Below, piece by piece: positions 49,818 through 62,968 of a stretch of DNA of 64,000 nt. Made by a program: the position numbers and the translations under genes. Positions within the stretch are counted from its first letter, which is position 1. Each line of letters opens with the position of its first letter. The DNA comes from Octopus sinensis (lineage: Eukaryota): the NCBI RefSeq assembly GCF_006345805.1, contig NC_042999.1, forward strand, positions 37,262,001-37,326,000. The letters are read 5' to 3'. Under the pieces are notes generated by a model. That model did no database searches and had not been told where the DNA came from. It worked only from the letters and a program-made list of their open reading frames with translations.

Positions 49818-50117
49818 TCTTCCAACCCATATGTACCCTCCTGTTCTGTTAAGTCAAGTGTATTTTATAAATGTATTATTAAGTTGGAATGGTCGAGAAA
49901 AATATTGTTCAAAGAATACACATGTACATATTGATTAAAAGTGGACATGAATTTTTATGACATAAATAGACTGTAACCAGAATGCAAGAAGATACCCAGT
50001 TTCCTAAAATATGACAAATATTGTTGAGAAGATTACCTTTCAGCTGATGACTCATACTTATTTCTCACTATACGTATTCCATTCATCACAAAGATATTCA
50101 TTTCCATTTCTTTACAG

Positions 50118-50148
50118 TTCAGTTGACCAACCACCGTGTATTTCTAAT
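50118..50148 (+). CDS. CAPN: Calpain 31-nt linker micro-exon
   Basis: tttccatttctttacag|TTCAGTTGACCAACCACCGTGTATTTCTAAT|gtaagt; phase 2/0 is exactly what joins 43257 to 56193; (S)SVDQPPCISN. Confidence 0.75.
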
Positions 50149-50338
50149 GTAAGTACAGTATTCGTTATTCCTTCTAACTTTTCAGAGATCTTGTTTCTCG
50201 GGAGGGTCATTACATCAATGACTAACACACGTAATGCGCGTTATTATTGACGTAATGGCTCTCCCGAGACGCAACAAAATCTGTTTCAATACACGAGTCT
50301 ACATGAAGAATCTCGCTAACCAAATTCAAAAATTCTCC

Positions 50339-50455
<117 letters not shown>

Positions 50456-50713
50456 CATTAATATGATGTAGTTTTTGTTATTTACGCACTTAAATCATTG
50501 TTGCGAATCATATTCGTTAGGAATGGTTGAGCGTTTAAGACGCTGGCTTCGCAACAATGCGCTTTCGATATCGATGCCACTGCCCAACACCTTGGGCAAG
50601 TGTTATCTACCAATGAAATCAAAAAATGAAAACTGCAGAAGCCCGGCAGAATTACTGTGAACCAGTGATTCACCTCTTGGAAACCTGTAACCAACGACGT
50701 TATCGTTCACTAA

Positions 50714-51720
50714 TCTCTTATTATAAAAGGCAGATTTATCTGCCTCCCTTTGGGAGTTATACAAATCTACAATATAGGATTTCTTCAATTACAATTACCT
50801 AGCAATTTTAAGAGTACAATGCATCGCGCATGCCAGGTCCAGTTTTTAAAATTTAAACTCCAATTAAGCAAAATTTACAGAGAAACTCACATTCTGGTTG
50901 GTGTGTGTCAAATGCTTTCTTAGTCTGGTTACACCACACGCAAACGCACACACACACAAAGGAGCGAATTGTTTCACTGACGCTATCACCCTTCTCCTCC
51001 TTTGTCTTTGCAAGTTTGCAGCTATTAAAGTGAAAACAGTGAATCCGACAGCGATAAAGAAACGAATTGGTACCTGAATGGAGTGAAAATTTAAAAACTG
51101 GTCTTTCGGTGAGTTTTCTGAAGAAACTGGACCAAGCCACAGACTTTCCCAGAAGAGTAAAGCCTTAGACTATTTCTATTTACTTTTTCGAATGAGCCTA
51201 TTTGAAATCATTACGCTAAACGTAAACCAACCGAAAGAAAGGATAGTTTGTTATTTCCCACATCTTAACTGAAATTAAGGCCTATTTTTGCCATAAATAT
51301 TATTATGGGTATCAGAAAGTTACCCAGAATAACAATCTATCGTAAAATTTTTTGTATACCCAATTGAATATTAGCTAATAACCCATTTTCTATAGCGATG
51401 TTTGAACAAATTTTAATAATTTTACAGAAATTACCCCAGAATAACAAACGAGCCCTCTGGTATTAGCGCGCGTCTACGATGAGTCTACGATTTAAAAAAA
51501 AATTACCATCATTTTCCATTTTAATGCATTTTTTCGCTTTTATATAAGGGAAGTAACTCTCTAAAAATATCTACGATGTGTCAACGATTAAAGAAAAATT
51601 TACCTTAATTTTTTTTCAATTTAATGCATTTGTTTTGCTATTTTTTGGCTATAACTCTCTAAAAATGCTTATATAGTTATTTCCCTTACAAACCCGAGCA
51701 ACGCCGGGCGATACTGCTAG
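50714..51720 (+). mobile_element. Non-autonomous Helitron (about 1.0 kb)
   Basis: A|TCTCTTATTATAAAAGG...CCCGAGCAACGCCGGGCGATACTGCTAG|T; last 270 bp or so shared with 45593-45990. Confidence 0.85.
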
Positions 51721-52399
51721 TCACAATATAAAATAAATAAACAGTCCAAAGTTTTATGATAATAGCTGATATAGAGGCAACATGGATGACTTGAAAATAT
51801 GTTGGATAAATAAATATAGATTGTAAGTTGCAATAATTGTTTAAACTCAGAACGTAAAGAACCAGAAGGATTTCGCCTAAGTATTTTTGTCCTATTCACT
51901 AACGATTCTGCCAGATCTACGACTTTAAATGTCAACTCTTATATATTAGCACTCTTAAAATTGTCCGTTTGGATGACTATATTCTGTTGATGTTTTAGTC
52001 AGGAACAAATATAATCCCAGAAATTTCTCTCTCATACTTTACCGCCATGAAACTGGGGACTAAGGACAGGTCTTTTGTGGCTTCAGATGCTTTTACATTA
52101 TATGACATTAGGAAAAGCAGTGATGGTGTTCAGTTTGTTTTTCCCAAAGCGAAAGACATTTGAATAGATGGAGGTTTTCTAAGTGGCTTATTCTTAAGGT
52201 TAATTTGTATTGACAGCAGATTTAAATTGACCTTTCATTTCATATTGGATATAAGTAGTGTGTAAAGAATTAATACCATATCATTATGATGTATATCTGT
52301 CTGTGTCTTTATACATCTATCTTTTCATCTATCTGTGTGTGTGTGTGGGTGAGTAAGTATGTGTGTGAGAGTGTGTGTGTGTATGTGTGCTTCAAAATA

Positions 52400-53118
52400 G
52401 TACAATAAACGAAAAACAAAAGGCAGAGACGAGAAGAAACAACAAACAGGGAAAATGGGAGTCCTTTTGATGTTTCGAGCCTACGCACGTCTACAGAAAA
52501 GAATGAGGAAAGAAAACCGATTGAGAGACGAAAAAAAAAAAAAAAGAAAACGGAGAGAAAACAAACGCATCTAGATTAATGGCTGCACATATCGAATTTG
52601 ACCGGAAGGAAGGAAGTGGTTGGAGACAAGGGTAGCAAGGGAGACAACAGTGACCTGACTAAAGTGTGTATATGCAAGTATGTGTGTATATGTGACAATA
52701 ATATGCATGTGTATATGTATGGGTGAGCGCGTATGTATGTGTGTGTAGGCAAGCACATGTGTGAGTATGAAAATTATGTGAGCGTGTGTATGTGTATGCA
52801 TCGGAGCGTGCGTGTGTAGGCATGTGTGTAAGTAAACAAGTACGAGCACGTGTATGGAGCGATTTGCGCGTGTGTGCTCCATGTATTTATGTGTGCGTGT
52901 CTGTGGATGTGTGTATATGTGTTGGAATGTGTAAGACTGTCTCATGTATAAGTATGTATATGTGTGTGTGAGCGGGTGTGCGTGCTTCTGTTATCAGTTC
53001 GTGTGTTTATATGGGGCTGTTGGATAAAGAGTATGTGTATATGGAGATGATATGTGTGTGTATATTTTGTGTTCGTGCGTCTGTATATGTGTGCAAAGGC
53101 ACTTGTTTGTGTGTGTGC

Positions 53119-53151
<33 letters not shown>

Positions 53152-54070
53152 ACGCTATCTGACGTATGTGTGTGTTGCAGTTGGATGTATGTCTTATGTC
53201 GACCTGGTTGGAGGTGTGAGGTGGAATAGGGGTGACGGAAGGTAGGAGTTTGAGGGTGTGGACACCTGACTATGTACATGCTATTATACGTGTGTATATG
53301 TGTGGAGAGGGAGGAAGTGAAAGTGTATGTGGATTGGGAAGGAATGTGCAGGTGTGTAGGTGCATTATATACTGTAGGGGCATAATGGTGTATGTGGTGT
53401 GGGTACTGAGTATAACGGTGTAGAGAAATTGTGTGGTAGAGGAGAAAGGGCAGTGGGAGGTGCGTGGAGTTGGGTCTATATAAAGAGAGATGACAAATTG
53501 AGACCGTGAGGGACTGACGAACTGAGAGAGAAAATAAATTCCCGTTCTCAACGGAGGCGGAAGTTCGGGTGACATCTGTGCAAAGCCAGTTCGAATACAG
53601 ACATATGTAGCAAATGGCGGTTTGTGTCTCGAAGTCATAGTCATCACTACAAAGCCTGCGGAGGCGGAAGTACTGAGAGTAAGGGATGGACAGTTTAGTG
53701 CAGGTAGGGTGGAAGGAAAATATGTTCAGATAAGTGTATGAGTGTGGGTTTTTAGAGGGTGGAAATGTCGAGAAAGTCGACAGAGGTGTTGGAAATAGAA
53801 TTGAAAATTCGAGTGTTGGGTGGAAGGACTGGATGAAAGAGAGGAAGGAGTCAAAATGTTTGCAGGAGAGTGAGGTCGCGCCGATACAGTCGTCAATGTA
53901 ACGACCGTATAGCTCAAGAGTGAGACCGGTGAACTGAGAGAATATTTGGGTCTCAACATAGCCAACGAACAAGTTCGCATAGTTGGGGTCAGTTCTCGTT
54001 CCTATGGTCACTCCCGAGACCTAATGGTAAATTTCACCCGTGAACGAAAAGTAATTTAGAAAGAGGACAA
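52400..54070 (-). mobile_element. Decayed Penelope-like element (CT-rich)
   Basis: GTRTDPNYANLFVGYVE..YGRYIDDCIG..HPTLEFS..HP..KLSIPYSQYFRLRRLCSDD, frameshifted; 3' region carries a hammerhead-like motif. Confidence 0.85.
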
Positions 54071-54225
54071 GTTCAGCTAAACGGAGGTGGGAGGATGTGT
54101 CAGGTTTTAGGGCCAGGACGAAGATCGAGGAAGTATATATATATTTATATATATATAGATATATATATATATATATATTCAAAATATATATATTCAATAA
54201 TATATATATATATATAATATATATC

Positions 54226-54258
<33 letters not shown>

Positions 54259-54269
54259 TATATATATGA

Positions 54270-56150
54270 ATAAATAAATGGAGTTTAACGCAGGTGTAAT
54301 CAAATATTTTTACTTTCGACACATGTTTCGAAAATTCCACTGATACTATTCAAAAGAATAAATGGTATAAACAATGCAATCTTCTCCTCAGGAAAGTGAA
54401 AAAAGCGAAACTTGTCAATAAGACATTTTAGCAAAAAATTATGGATTTGTATAGCGATAGACAGAACGCTATTAATATTGTTTAAAAAAAAAACGTTATA
54501 TGATATAACGTCACAAGTAGCTAACAGAAAGAGTAGGGATACCAATAGTGAATGTTAAATATAAAGGAAATTAAAGTTTAAATTATATATAATGATAGAG
54601 ACTATTTATATGCACTAAATGTATGTTTTTGCCAATGCTTACATCTGTATGCTCGCTCTATAACCGTGTTTACTAGAGTATTTTTAGAAAAAATAATGAA
54701 AAATAGCTCAGAATTGCAAAGAAGACAAAATTCCTTGCCTTTGTCATATGGTATCGAAATTGAGAGTATCAACCATTCTAAATGAAATTGTTCATTGTGG
54801 TCTTTTAAATCCCAAATCAGTTTGCTGAGACCGGTACTATTGCGTTTATTTCTATCCCTAAATGTTGAGTAATGGATAGAAATTCTTTTAGATAACTCTA
54901 ACGATGTGCTTCCAATGTAAAATCGTACTTTATTACGAGTACTGATTATACACTGGTATATAGAATTTTTAATTTTAGAGTTACTTGACATAAACTTAAT
55001 TCTATTGGAATTGACTTCAGATACAATAACCTTGTTATTAATATTTCTAGAGGGTTGGATGGAATTAGCTAAATTAATGTTAGTATTAGTAAATGTATTA
55101 ATATTTAACAGTTTGTTATTATGAGAAGAGATAATTTGCAAGAGATTTTTTGTGTTTGAAAAACCCATCCTAACCTTATATGAATTGATAATAGAGTAAA
55201 ATCTAGAATTGTTTGGAAAATTCCTTGCAATAGCATGACGAAACAGCAGTGGGAGATTGGATTTAATTTGTCTCCCGTAAGGAATTATTAACCAAATATC
55301 TTTACTAGTATTCATAGCGTAATTACTTTTGAAGGTGTTATATTTACTTTTAGATCGATAATAGGGGATTAAATAAGGGTTATCTGCCTTCATTCGCTTT
55401 GTATCGGTGCGTAAGTTATGTTTGTTATCAATAATTCTTTTACGACTAGAAATCTTATCTACATTATTGAATTTACAATTAGACTGAGCAGAATCAATGT
55501 AGAAAATTTTCTCTGTATAACCTGCTTTAATTAAGGCAGAGTTATAGAATTCAGCGTTATTATTGAATATGTCAACATTAGCAGATAATTTAGATAATCT
55601 AAATGAAATATTCTTAACTAAGTTCTTAGTAATTGCTCCAGGATGATTACTAAATTTGCTAATGTACTTAAGATTGGTCAACGGTTTACGATATGGGAAA
55701 TAAGAGCCACTGTGTAAATTAAGCGTAATATCTAAAAAGTTGGCCTTCGTCATATCGTCATCAAAAAAATTTACTAAACTATTCTTAACTTTTTGTGCCT
55801 TTCGGTTGGAAACATTTTGGAGGTAAAGTAAACAATCATCACGATATAGACCTCCATAAATGTTAGGGAACTCTTCAGCCATTTCAAAAAGAATATATAT
55901 GCAGACCAAATCAGCTATCTGTGCTGAATCAGAACTTCCCATTGGTATATCGAAACTATCTGGTGTGTCTTTACGGACCCACAACTTATCATCCAATTTA
56001 ATAATAGATCTTCTGGCTGCCAACACAACATTAATTTCTTCTCGGGTGAGACCAGCTTTGTTATGAGCAAGCCAAAGTGCCTTATTAAGTACTATTGGAT
56101 TGATAGATGAATAAAAATTGGAAATGTCAAACTGGATAAACTTAGTACTA
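54270..56150 (-). mobile_element. Penelope-like element, 5'-truncated, with open RT + GIY-YIG frame
   Basis: ORF 54602-56026: PMGSSDSAQIADL, YGGLYRDD, NFLDITL, IYQC..FYIGST..RISIH, CLLCNSE. FIQFDISNFYSSI lies upstream across one frameshift. Confidence 0.95.
54312..54397 (-). ncRNA. Type-I hammerhead ribozyme in Penelope 3' region
   Basis: ACTTTC-CTGAGGA-GAAGATT..AATTTTC-GAAAC(ATGT)GTC-GAAAGT: 6-bp stem I, intact core, GUC site. Confidence 0.75.
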
Positions 56151-56192
56151 TATATTCACCGCACCTTGTATATATATATATTTGCTTTTCAG

Positions 56193-56295
56193 GATGATTT
56201 GGAACCAGATAATACTTTGAAAACATACGCAGATGACACTGAGTGGCTGGATGCATTTGAACTGTATGAGTTTATCAAACCACTCTGGACAGAAA
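56193..56295 (+). CDS. CAPN: Calpain exon (PEF domain, EF1)
   Basis: cttttcag|...|gtaaga; 103 nt, phase 0/1; DDLEPDNTLKTYADDTEWLDAFELYEFIKPLWTE resembles calpain AGED.EI.A.EL..IL. Confidence 0.88.
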
Positions 56296-56337
56296 GTAAG
56301 AGATTTTTTCATAATAAAAAAGAAAACAACTTTATGT

Positions 56338-56402
<65 letters not shown>

Positions 56403-56499
56403 TGATAGTATAGGGAGGCGCTATGCCACTAAAATTCATACTTCTTATTACTATTGTAATAAGGTCAATACTGCAAGGTTATAGATATATAGCTAGCAC

Positions 56500-56830
56500 T
56501 CAGGGAGGACTTCAAAACTGGCAGTTCGTCGGTTACGCAACGAGGGTTCCAGCTGATCCGATCAACGGAGCAGTTTGTTCGGGAAATTATCGTGCTGAAC
56601 ACTCCAAAGACTCGCGTACCCTTAACGTAGTTCTCGGGGAGATTGAGGGTGATACAGAATGGGACAAGGCTGGACCTTTGAAACACTGGGACCACTCATT
56701 TTTGCCAGCTGTGTAAACTGGAGCAATGTGAAATAAAGCGTTTTGCTCAAGAACACAACGTGCCACTGGAAATCGAACTAGCGATTCCACGATGGTGAGC
56801 CAAACACCCAAACCACTAAACCACACGTCT
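56500..56830 (-). mobile_element. SINE with a second tRNA-like head and tail type 1
   Basis: Head GTGGTTTAGTGGTTTGGG..GTTCGATTTCC, then GTGTTCTTGAGCAAAAC, then CCCCGAGAACTACGTTAAGGG tail. Confidence 0.75.
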
Positions 56831-57396
56831 TTACAGGAAGAATTTATAGAATCTGTTTAAACAGCGGTGGTGCCCCAGCATGGCCGTGGCCTTCGGGCTA
56901 AAACATTTTTATGGATTTATATTCGTTTGGAATGCAGACATTTGATCCGATGATGGTTTTGTTGGCCCAAACCCTCGAAGTCACCGTCAACAATATTTTT
57001 TGTTTAAGAACAATAAAAGTAGAGAGCAGCCCATCAGGTAAATGTAAAATTGTTTTTATTACAACTCAACGTAAGATGGCGAGCTGGCAGAATCATTAGC
57101 ACGCCGGGAAAAACGCTTAGCAGCATTTCGCTAGTACCTACATTCTGAGTTCAAATTCCGCCGAGGTCGACTTTGCCTCTCATTCCTTCGAGGTCTGTAT
57201 GATAAGAACCAGTTGAGCACTGGGGTCGATGGAATCGACTGCTCCCCCTTCCCCCCCAAGATTCCAGGCCTTGTTGCCTATTGTAGAAAGGATTATAACT
57301 GATTATATCTGAACATAAAGACCACCATCAGCACTCACACATGTATATGTGTACACACACACACACACACACACACACACCACACACACACACACA

Positions 57397-57450
<54 letters not shown>

Positions 57451-57512
57451 TTGAAATATTTTACATGTTTGACGCTAACCTTTGTTTTTTCTGCTCTTTT
57501 TTGTTTCCATAG

Positions 57513-57571
57513 ATGAGAATTTCCCTCCTCTGACACTGGAAACGGCACGCTGTTTTTTGAACTTTATCGAT
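57513..57571 (+). CDS. CAPN: Calpain exon (PEF domain, helix into EF2)
   Basis: ttccatag|...|gtatcc; 59 nt, phase 1/0; (N)ENFPPLTLETARCFLNFID matches F.LETCRSMV..MD. Next exon not found in window. Confidence 0.9.
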
Positions 57572-57580
57572 GTATCCTTA
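57572..57580 (+). promoter_or_regulatory. U12-type (minor spliceosome) 5' splice site
   Basis: Intron begins GTATCCTTA, matching the U12 donor consensus RTATCCTT at +1 to +8. Confidence 0.8.
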
Positions 57581-57912
57581 ATTTTATCAGCGCAGAAAAT
57601 AACGTCTTTTGTTTGGTCCAGAAGCTTGTTTTTTTATGAGTGATGCAGTCTATTGGATAAAGCATAATATTTTATCAACATAGAGGCAATGAAAGGCAAA
57701 ATCGATTCCTATAGGATTTCAATGAAGAATGCAGAAAGGACGATACTAAGTGATTTAATGACTTTAATCTGATGCTGTGCAAATTCTACCTATTAGCGTC
57801 TCTGATGTAATATTTTCGATTTGCTTATTACACAGTGTATTGTGAAAAGTGACACCGGTATCACATCTTCACAAGTGAATATCATATTATATAATATCAT
57901 ATCCTATCCTAT

Positions 57913-58267
57913 CATATATATATATATATATATATTATATAATATATATATATATATTATATATATATATATACACATATATATTTATGTACACACATAT
58001 ATATATATATATACATATGTATATATACATATATATATATAAACATATATATTTATATTCATATATATATATATATATGGATATATTATATATATATATA
58101 TATGGATATATATATACATATATATATACATATATACACACATATATATATGTACATATATACATGCATTTGTATAATACAAATATATGTGTGTACATAT
58201 ACATACATACGTATATATATATAATGCATATATATGTATGTATGTATGTATGTATTATGTATGTATG

Positions 58268-58349
<82 letters not shown>

Positions 58350-58353
58350 TATA

Positions 58354-58437
<84 letters not shown>

Positions 58438-58442
58438 ATATT
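57913..58442. repeat. Compound TA/TATG/CTAT microsatellite (duplicated at 59745-60110)
   Basis: Visible. Confidence 0.95.
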
Positions 58443-58480
58443 TGTAATATAATATTCAGAAAATAATATTACATACATAT

Positions 58481-58622
58481 AAGAGGTATGACCACTAAGT
58501 GGACATCCATGAAAATTTAGTGGCGTTTGCTAAATTTTCTTGAGAACATTCCTTTCTTAGTGGTAAGACCATAGTGGTCGACTTCTAGCATAACTGATGT
58601 CCACATAGTGGTCATCCCTCTT
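58481..58622. mobile_element. 142-bp MITE in a TA tract (second copy 60131-60270)
   Basis: AAGAGG(T/G)ATGACCACTA(A/T)GTGGACATC inverted termini, TA flanks. Confidence 0.8.
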
Positions 58623-58671
58623 ATATGTATATATAAAAATATATATATAAATGTATATATATATACATGTA

Positions 58672-59740
58672 TATACTTTGATACTTTGATACTTTGATAG
58701 TTTTCGGTCATTATTGGCCCAGGCCATGTCTAACTTAATAGCACCACCTGGTGAAGTCTTTCAAGTCAAATTGGGCACTATGGCCACTCAAGTAGAGAGT
58801 TATTGTTTACAGAGACATATCCGGGGGTAGGGGTTTATCCGGGATTTCTTGAAGGAATCTGTCCAAAGACTTCTTGAACCCTATAGGGTCAGTTTCTGTT
58901 TTAATGTGTTTTGGTGTAATGTTAAAGAGAGCGGGGCCAATTGAGGTGAATAATTGTGCCGTATTGTTGTTTGAGATGAGAGTGCGATTTTTGTTTTGGG
59001 CGGATGGCACGGGGCCCAAGCCTTGGATGTACCTTAAAGGTGATGCCAACATCATTTGGGCAATGCTGATGGAATATTTTCCACATCATGCAGATGATGT
59101 AGCGCTCACGACGACGTTGGAGAGAATAGAGTTTTAGCTTTTCTAGTCGACCCCAATAGTCGAGGCCTGTCATGCCATCTATCTTTTTTGTGATTGCCCT
59201 TTGAGGTGCTTCAACTTTTATGATACCTTGTATTGTGTGGGGAGACCACAGTGGACAACAGTATTCAAGGTGGGGTCGGGCAAAAGTGGAGAAGAGAAGG
59301 ATAATGGTGTGGATATCTCTCGACTGGAAAGTTCTGAGAATCCAGGAACACATTCTGCGGGCCATGTCAACTTTGGTGTTTATATGAGTGGCCCAGCTTA
59401 TGTTGTTGTCCACAATTACTCCCAAGTCTCTGATGTTGTTGGACGCCGCGAGAGTTTCACCTGAAGGAAGGGAGTATGGGAGTTTCAGGGCATCCTCTTT
59501 TCCAAAGTGGATTAGCTCAAATTTATCCTCGTTCAGCAGCATATTGTTTTTTTCTACCCATTGGATAACAGCCAGTAGATCTGACTGAAGGCATGTCCGG
59601 TCACTCGCCTCATTTATGACCTTGTAGCTTGGAGTCATCTGCAAAGATTTTTATGTTGCTGTGCTTGATGATGTCATTAATGTCATTAATGTAAATGATG
59701 AAAAGAAGTGGGCCCAGCACAGTGCCTTGCGGAACGCCAC

Positions 59741-59743
<3 letters not shown>
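58672..59743 (-). mobile_element. 5'-truncated CR1-clade LINE, copy 1
   Basis: [50 protein letters not shown]; 3' tail (ATCAAAGT)3. Confidence 0.93.
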
Positions 59744-59816
<73 letters not shown>

Positions 59817-59933
59817 CACATATATATATATACATATATACACACATATATATATGTACATATATACATGCATTTGTATAATACAAATATATATGTGTGT
59901 ACATATACATACATACGTATATATATATAATGC

Positions 59934-59968
<35 letters not shown>

Positions 59969-59974
59969 TGTATG

Positions 59975-60006
<32 letters not shown>

Positions 60007-60013
60007 CTATCTA

Positions 60014-60096
<83 letters not shown>

Positions 60097-60321
60097 GTAA
60101 TATATATTCAGAAAATATATTACATACATAAAGAGGTATGACCACTAAGTGGACATCCATGAAAATTTAGTGCGTTTGCTAAATTTTCTTGAGAACATTC
60201 TTTCTTAGTGGTAAGACCATAGTGGTCGACTTCTAGCATAACTGATGTCCACATAGTGGTCATCCCTCTTATATGTATATATAAACATATATATATAAAT
60301 GTATATATATATACATGTATA

Positions 60322-61401
60322 TACTTTGATACTTTGATACTTTGATAGGTTTCGGTCATTATTGGCCCAGGCCATGTCTAACTTAATAGCACCACCTGGT
60401 GAAGTCTTTCAAGTCAGAATTTGGGCACTATGGCCCACTCAAGTAGAGAGTTATTGTTTACAGAGACATATCCGGGTGTAGGGGGTTTATCCGGGATTTC
60501 TTGAAGGAATCTGTCCAAAGACTTCTTGAACCCTATAGGGTCAGTTTCTGTTTTAATGTGTTTTGGTGTAATGTTAAAGAGAGCGGGGCCAATTGAGGTG
60601 AAATAATTGTGCCGTATTGTTGTTATGAGATGAGAGTGCGATTTTTGTTTTGGGCGGATGGCACGGGGCAAGCCTTGGATGTACCTTAAAGTGTGATGCC
60701 AACATCATTTGGGCAATGCTGATGGAATATTTTCCACATCATGCAGATGATGTAGCGCTCACGACGACGTTGGAGAGAATAGAGTTTTAGCTTTTCTAGT
60801 CGACCCCAATAGTCGAGGCCTGTCATGCCATCTATCTTTTTTGTGATTGCCCTTTGAGGTGCTTCAACTTTTATGATACCTTGTATTGTGTGGGGAGACC
60901 ACAGTGGACAACAGTATTCAAGGTGGGGTCGGGCAAAAGTGGAGAAGAGAAGGATAATGGTGTGGAATATCTCTCGACTGGAAAGTTCTGAGAATCCAGG
61001 AACACATTCTGCTGCGGCCATGTCAACTTTGGTGTTTATATGAGTGGCCCAGCTTATGTTGTTGTCCACAATTACTCCCAAGTCTCTGATGTTGTTGGAC
61101 GCCGCGAGAGTTTCACCTGAAGGAAGGGAGTATGGGAGTTTCAGGGCATCCTCTTTTCCAAAGTGGATTAGCTCAAATTTATCCTCGTTCAGCAGCATAT
61201 TGTTTTTTTCTACCCATTGGATAACAGCCAGTAGATCTGACTGAAGGCATGTCCGGTCACTCGCCTCATTTATGACCTTCTGTAGCTTGGAGTCATCTGC
61301 AAAGATTTTTATGTTGCTGTGCTTGATGATGTCATTAATGTCATTAATGTAAATGATGAAAAGAAGTGGGCCCAGCACAGTGCCTTGCGGAACGCCACTA
61401 C
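60322..61401 (-). mobile_element. 5'-truncated CR1-clade LINE, copy 2
   Basis: Same truncation point and tail as copy 1; differs almost only by small indels. Confidence 0.9.
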
Positions 61402-61423
61402 TATATATATATATATATATATA

Positions 61424-61478
<55 letters not shown>

Positions 61479-61541
61479 TATATATATACAACATACACAC
61501 ACACACAACACACCACCACATATATATATATATATACATAC

Positions 61542-61601
<60 letters not shown>

Positions 61602-61615
61602 TATACATATATATA

Positions 61616-62824
61616 TTGGTCATCCCATAAATATGGCGGTTTTTTATACTTTTATCTTTCAAAATTAAGAAACAGAGTTCTTTTTTAATCTAAAATATAC
61701 TCTCTTTTCTACAATGCGCTCCCTCTATCTGGTGGACTTACAAGTTCACTCTCCTCCAAGATTCACTTGTCCGTGATTAAAATACTATCCAGTCTTTTTC
61801 TGACTTCGTCTACGGAGTTCTTATTTTTTTCGTCCAAATGATTTTGAAGACTGCGGAATAAATGATAATCAAATGGGGCAATGTCCGTCCGGCGAATACG
61901 GTGGGAGGGGCATCGTTTCCCATTCGAACTGCTCCAATCTTTGGATGCATGTGCCGAGCGTTATATCCTTGAACCAAAGATGGTCGTTTTTCCTCTAGCG
62001 TTGACTTAAGCCGCTGAAGTTGCTCGCAGTAGATCTCCTTTGTTATCTTTGGTTTGGGTTTAATAATTCAAAGTGGATTAAACCTTTCATATCCCACTAA
62101 ACAGGAAGCAACACCTTACGTGAGCGAAGACCTTCTTTAGTGTCTGGGGTGCTGGTGTTTCTCCTTTCCCTATCCACTGTTTTCGGTGATGGACATATTT
62201 ATAGAGTACCCATTTCTCGACACCAGTCACTATTCGGGCCCCAAAAGTTCATTCGTGTGAGACGTGACAGCAAAGAAAAGCACACATTCACTCTCTGAGA
62301 AACCCATTGATCTAACCTTGCTGACTTTTCAGATGGCACGCAGGTGTCGCGAATGGTTGAAGGACCAAATCCAACTTCTCTGTTAATTCCTCAACAGTTA
62401 CAATGGGATTTTGTTCCACCAGGTTTGCAGGACGTCCTCGTCGAGTCCTACATATCTTCTAGCTCGTCTTCTAGGCTGTAGTTTCCGGATCGGAAGTTTT
62501 GGAACCACCGTTGACGCTGGCTTACGATTATTGTCCAATCCCCATATACTACATTAACATCCCTCAGACTTTCTGTTGCACTGTTGCCTTTATTGACTCA
62601 TAAAGCAAAATATGCCGAATATGCTCCTTTGTCACTTCCATTATAGCTGTTGAAAAAATAACTGTTAAAATCGAACCACACTCTTCAAATCTTGCTCTCA
62701 GAATAGAACAAGGTAAAATTACTTCCTGCTTGTATAGCCAGTCGGTGCAGGTAGTTTATTTCATCTCTCTCTGACTTTTAGTTCATGCAATTGAAAAAGC
62801 GGCATTATTTATAGGATAACCCAA
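61616..62824 (-). mobile_element. Full-length decayed mariner with TA TSD
   Basis: TA|TTGGTCATCCCATAAAT...ATTTATAGGATAACCCAA|TA; ATG at 62641, MEVTKEHIRHILLYEFNKG..RIVTG.EKW. Confidence 0.9.
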
Positions 62825-62876
62825 TATCTATAATATAATATAAAACATATATATATAAGCACCCACCCACACACAC

Positions 62877-62910
<34 letters not shown>

Positions 62911-62968
62911 CACACATATATATATAGATATATATATATATATATATACATATATATACATATATATA

